A stretch of DNA of 64,000 nucleotides, taken from the NCBI GenBank assembly GCA_043228905.1, contig JBHGNT010000001.1:34844001-34908000 (forward strand), given 5' to 3'. The notes beneath the pieces were generated by a model. It was not told where the DNA came from. It did not search any database and saw nothing but the letters and a program-made list of their open reading frames with translations. Source of the DNA: Azolla caroliniana. Its lineage: Eukaryota > Plantae > Polypodiophyta. Below are positions 60,685 through 64,000 of this stretch, in pieces. Every line of letters starts with the position of its first letter. The stretch's first letter is position 1. Both the position numbers and the translations under genes were made by a program.

Positions 60685-62271
60685 GATATGAATGTAGCGA
60701 GTGAGGTCGTGGTTGTGAGTTTTAAAGATATGATGGGCTTGGTGTAAGCAAGTTTGAGATGAATTGTTAATGACCCATTCATACTCCAATTTATATTGTA
60801 TTCTCCATCATTATCCTTTACTTCCCCTTGCACTTGTCCCTTGCTTCACCTCAAAGTCATATGTTCAACCGAGGAATTTTCTCTATTTCATACTTTAATT
60901 CTTTATCCTATGCTTTGTTTTGCTTTTGACCTCCCCTAGAAATAGAGACATATTGGAAATTGTTTTTCTTCTATAAAAGTGGCAACGTATGCTTGGCCTA
61001 GTTCATATCATTTTCTCAAAGAGGCTCCTCCTTGGAAGGAATTGCATTGTGAGAGGATTTTGTTTTCCATATCAATCTATAACTCCTAAAAAAGGGAGAA
61101 GCCAAGACCTAATTACGTTTTGTCATGACTCATATGTATATTACATATATTTTTCTCACAAGGTTATGTCGGTTCATAGTCTCTATAGTGCATTGTGTTT
61201 AGACGCTTGTATTTTAAAGAATCGAGAAGAATGGAACATGAGACACAATGTCGTGGACCATGCCAATGTATGTCAATAAAGACAACAATTGATAACTAAA
61301 TATACATGGTGTGATGGATTTCGTAAAGGAGCCAACGACATGGAAACATGTCACCACTTGCAAATCACCAAGCAAATCTTTTGAACATAAAAAACAGTAT
61401 GTAATGTGTGCAATTAAAAATAGGGGTCATAAATCGTCATATAATTAAAAAATCTCCATTCATATATGGCCTAAATATCATGTATATCCTTGACAATGTT
61501 TACAAAAATTTCAACGTCACCCTTCCCAATACCAAGAGATTGAAGTAGAATTTTAATGTACATAATGATTACTTCATTGACGTAATCTTATCGTTTATTT
61601 CTTAATGGCTTCATTAAATAGCTTAATTAGATAGTTTGCGTAAAGGGTATCTAAGACACCTTAATTAAATGATGAGGGGTATTATTTAGATTACCCATTA
61701 TTATTATTTTTATATATTCATGCAAGTGTTTTTTCATCCTTGTGGTCATACTTTTTTCCTTCAGGCTTTGTAGAAACTTTTTCTCAAATCCAAAATTATC
61801 ACAATGGTTCCTATAAAAACCATACATTTTCTTCATCCTAAGATATCAATTCTACATACATAATTTGCTTTATTGATATATTTTTCTTAAACATATCTAA
61901 GGTAAAAAATTTATACCAAGACCCAAACCCAAACCACTCTTGGCCTCTGTTCTAATTTTGTTTTATTTTTAGGATGAATATTTTGTGGACAGATTGATGA
62001 TGAATGTGCCTAGTTATCACATTTCTACTTAAGGATATAAAGTTTATTTCACGTCACTATCTTAAAACAAAAGGGCATCCATTGAAGTGAAATGAGAGAT
62101 TTTACACATATGATATCACAACATGTGTACGAAAACAATATCTAGAACATACATATGGTGCTAGTCATGTGTCTATACAAATTTGTGTAATTTTTAAATG
62201 ATTCAATGCTATGAAAAGAGTGTGATGATGGTGGTCAAATTTGATCACAATTGTTAAAATCACCTATTCTC

Positions 62272-62340
62272 TTTTTTTTGTTTTTTTTTTCCAAAAAAAA
62301 CTCCTTCCATTAGTTATAAAAAAACACTTACTCTTAGCAA
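62272..62340 (-). mobile_element. LINE 3' terminus (same end as the 50.7-kb copy)
   Basis: Poly(T) followed by ccaaaaaaaactccttccattagttata, nearly identical to 50696-50721. The 5' extent is unclear. Confidence 0.55.
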
Positions 62341-64000
62341 GATCTTGCACCATACAAAGTAAATAAAGTTGCACCATAAAAAGAAAGAGACCATTAAAAC
62401 TTTGTCTATACGCTAAAAAGAAAAGGTGATTAGCAAGTTTCGAATCAAGTGATTTTTTTAAAAAGAATAAATCAATCAATCCAAAAGGCAAATCGGTTTG
62501 TAAACTTGGAAAAATGACGTTGAATTCCTACAACAACTATTTTATGGTTATCCTTGGTTAAAGATCTTAACTTTGAACTTTTATCAAATCAATATATAAG
62601 GTAAAATATATGTGGTATCATGAGAAAGCTGAAGTCCATTCACTAACATGTTTATGTCTTCCCAACGCTACAAATTTTTGTGGTGTTAAGAAGAAACTCA
62701 TGTTTGTGCATGACCTCAATCTCTTATGTAACTTGGCCAACTAGCCTTATCCTTGGTGTGTCCTATTTACAACATTGTCGCACCAAAAGGCCACACATGA
62801 CTAATAGTTTACAATCTCCATCTATGTACATGCATACACATAACTTGTGCATGCATCTACAATAGTAATTGTGCATGCATTACCACTCCTAGTTGTGTAG
62901 AAACTCCTCCACCTTGTACCCATTTCCTATTCATAGATACTGAATAAGTAGATTATTGGATTTGAAACATGTATCAGCTAGTCCCAATAATAAGCGCATT
63001 CATTGTGTTATTTGCCATGTTCACCGTCATAAGTGTGATCTTGTTCTACTTACTACAATCTTGAATGAAGTGATTTCACATTTCTTCTTTGAGAGCCATT
63101 GCGCTTAATGTTTGCACAATTTTCTAGCTACAAAGTGATGTAGATAGGATACATTAGAGGGGAACGTCAAATTGATCATTCATATATGTGTTCCAGATCA
63201 TGTCTGTTAGAGGCACCTTAACAAGGTTTGGAAGAGGAGACACTAAGAAGAGAGACACGATTATAAAGAGAATGGATGTTTTGGTATTATTTAAGTTGTG
63301 CTCCAAGAGCAAAAAATTGTATAGCAAGAGTGTCTCGGCCCCAAATGTGAAACACCAAGCACATATCTTTGCATTGAACTCATGGCTAATCATTTGACAT
63401 CTAGTTATATCCCTATTAAGGTCAAAAGTAAGACCTATTTAGGTCATACTGATGGGAGTATGGAGGTTTGAATTGGGGTGTTGATAGGAGATTGAGAAAC
63501 ATTAAAATGAGTATGATTTCTTGGATATCAAGGTCAAGGGTGTTGATATAGTTATCAACAATGTCCACCATGAGTCGACACGTCCCAAAGGGTGAGGGGT
63601 CTAAGCTAGCTAGTGTAGTGAATTGTTATGTGAGGGGGTGAAGCATAGGGAGGGTGTGGCCGTGCCTGCGACAATGTGGCAATTAAGCATCACATGATCT
63701 TTTCTCGGAACAAACATCACACGATCCTTCATTAGTCAGCACCACACGATCCTTTCCTAGAACAAACATGTCCATTGGTTGTGTAACAACAAACTTCCCG
63801 ATACTTCGAAGATGTGTTAGCTTGATCTGATCATACATGCATGTCGGGACCATCTCCTTGGGAAATGGTTTCGAGTTTCATCGATCTATTGTTTCGGTCT
63901 AAATTCACTAATGACATTCCGTTACATCTCAGATCCTCTTTGGGAATGGTTCAAAACAGGAAAGGGTTTATTATTTGGGTGCTCAGTGAGAACTCAGGTG

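Overview
Eukaryotic land-plant nuclear DNA: AT-rich, with GT-AG introns and dense transposon content. PLS-type PPR remnants and Tcn1-like chromoviruses suggest a fern or other non-seed plant (inference only). Three intact host genes were reconstructed by hand: a 7-exon GT31 galectin-domain beta-1,3-galactosyltransferase (GALT1/GALT3 clade, minus strand, 1946-6616), a 9-exon CYP88A ent-kaurenoic acid oxidase (KAO, plus strand, 45847-54145) and a 2-exon small heat-shock protein ending in a PTS1-like SML (minus strand, 59011-60684). Between them lie a young Ty3/gypsy chromovirus with intact gag and pol (14997-20717, TSD CATTG), a PPR pseudogene, and an older degenerate chromovirus (24395-35866, TSD GCAAG) carrying a nested, very young, GC-rich Ty1/copia element (25824-31324, TSD CTTAA). 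There are also many 5'-truncated LINE pieces, a hAT-type MITE and several tandem duplications. The most notable signal is a set of cis-elements shared by the two diverged chromovirus families: an antisense tRNA-like Pol III A/B-box module at the outer end of U3, heat-shock-element arrays before the TATA box, a Tf1-type self-priming PBS (present in one element, deleted in the other) and a G_TTA_AAC slippery site plus H-type pseudoknot for -1 gag-pol frameshifting. All coordinates were read by eye and no database searches were run.
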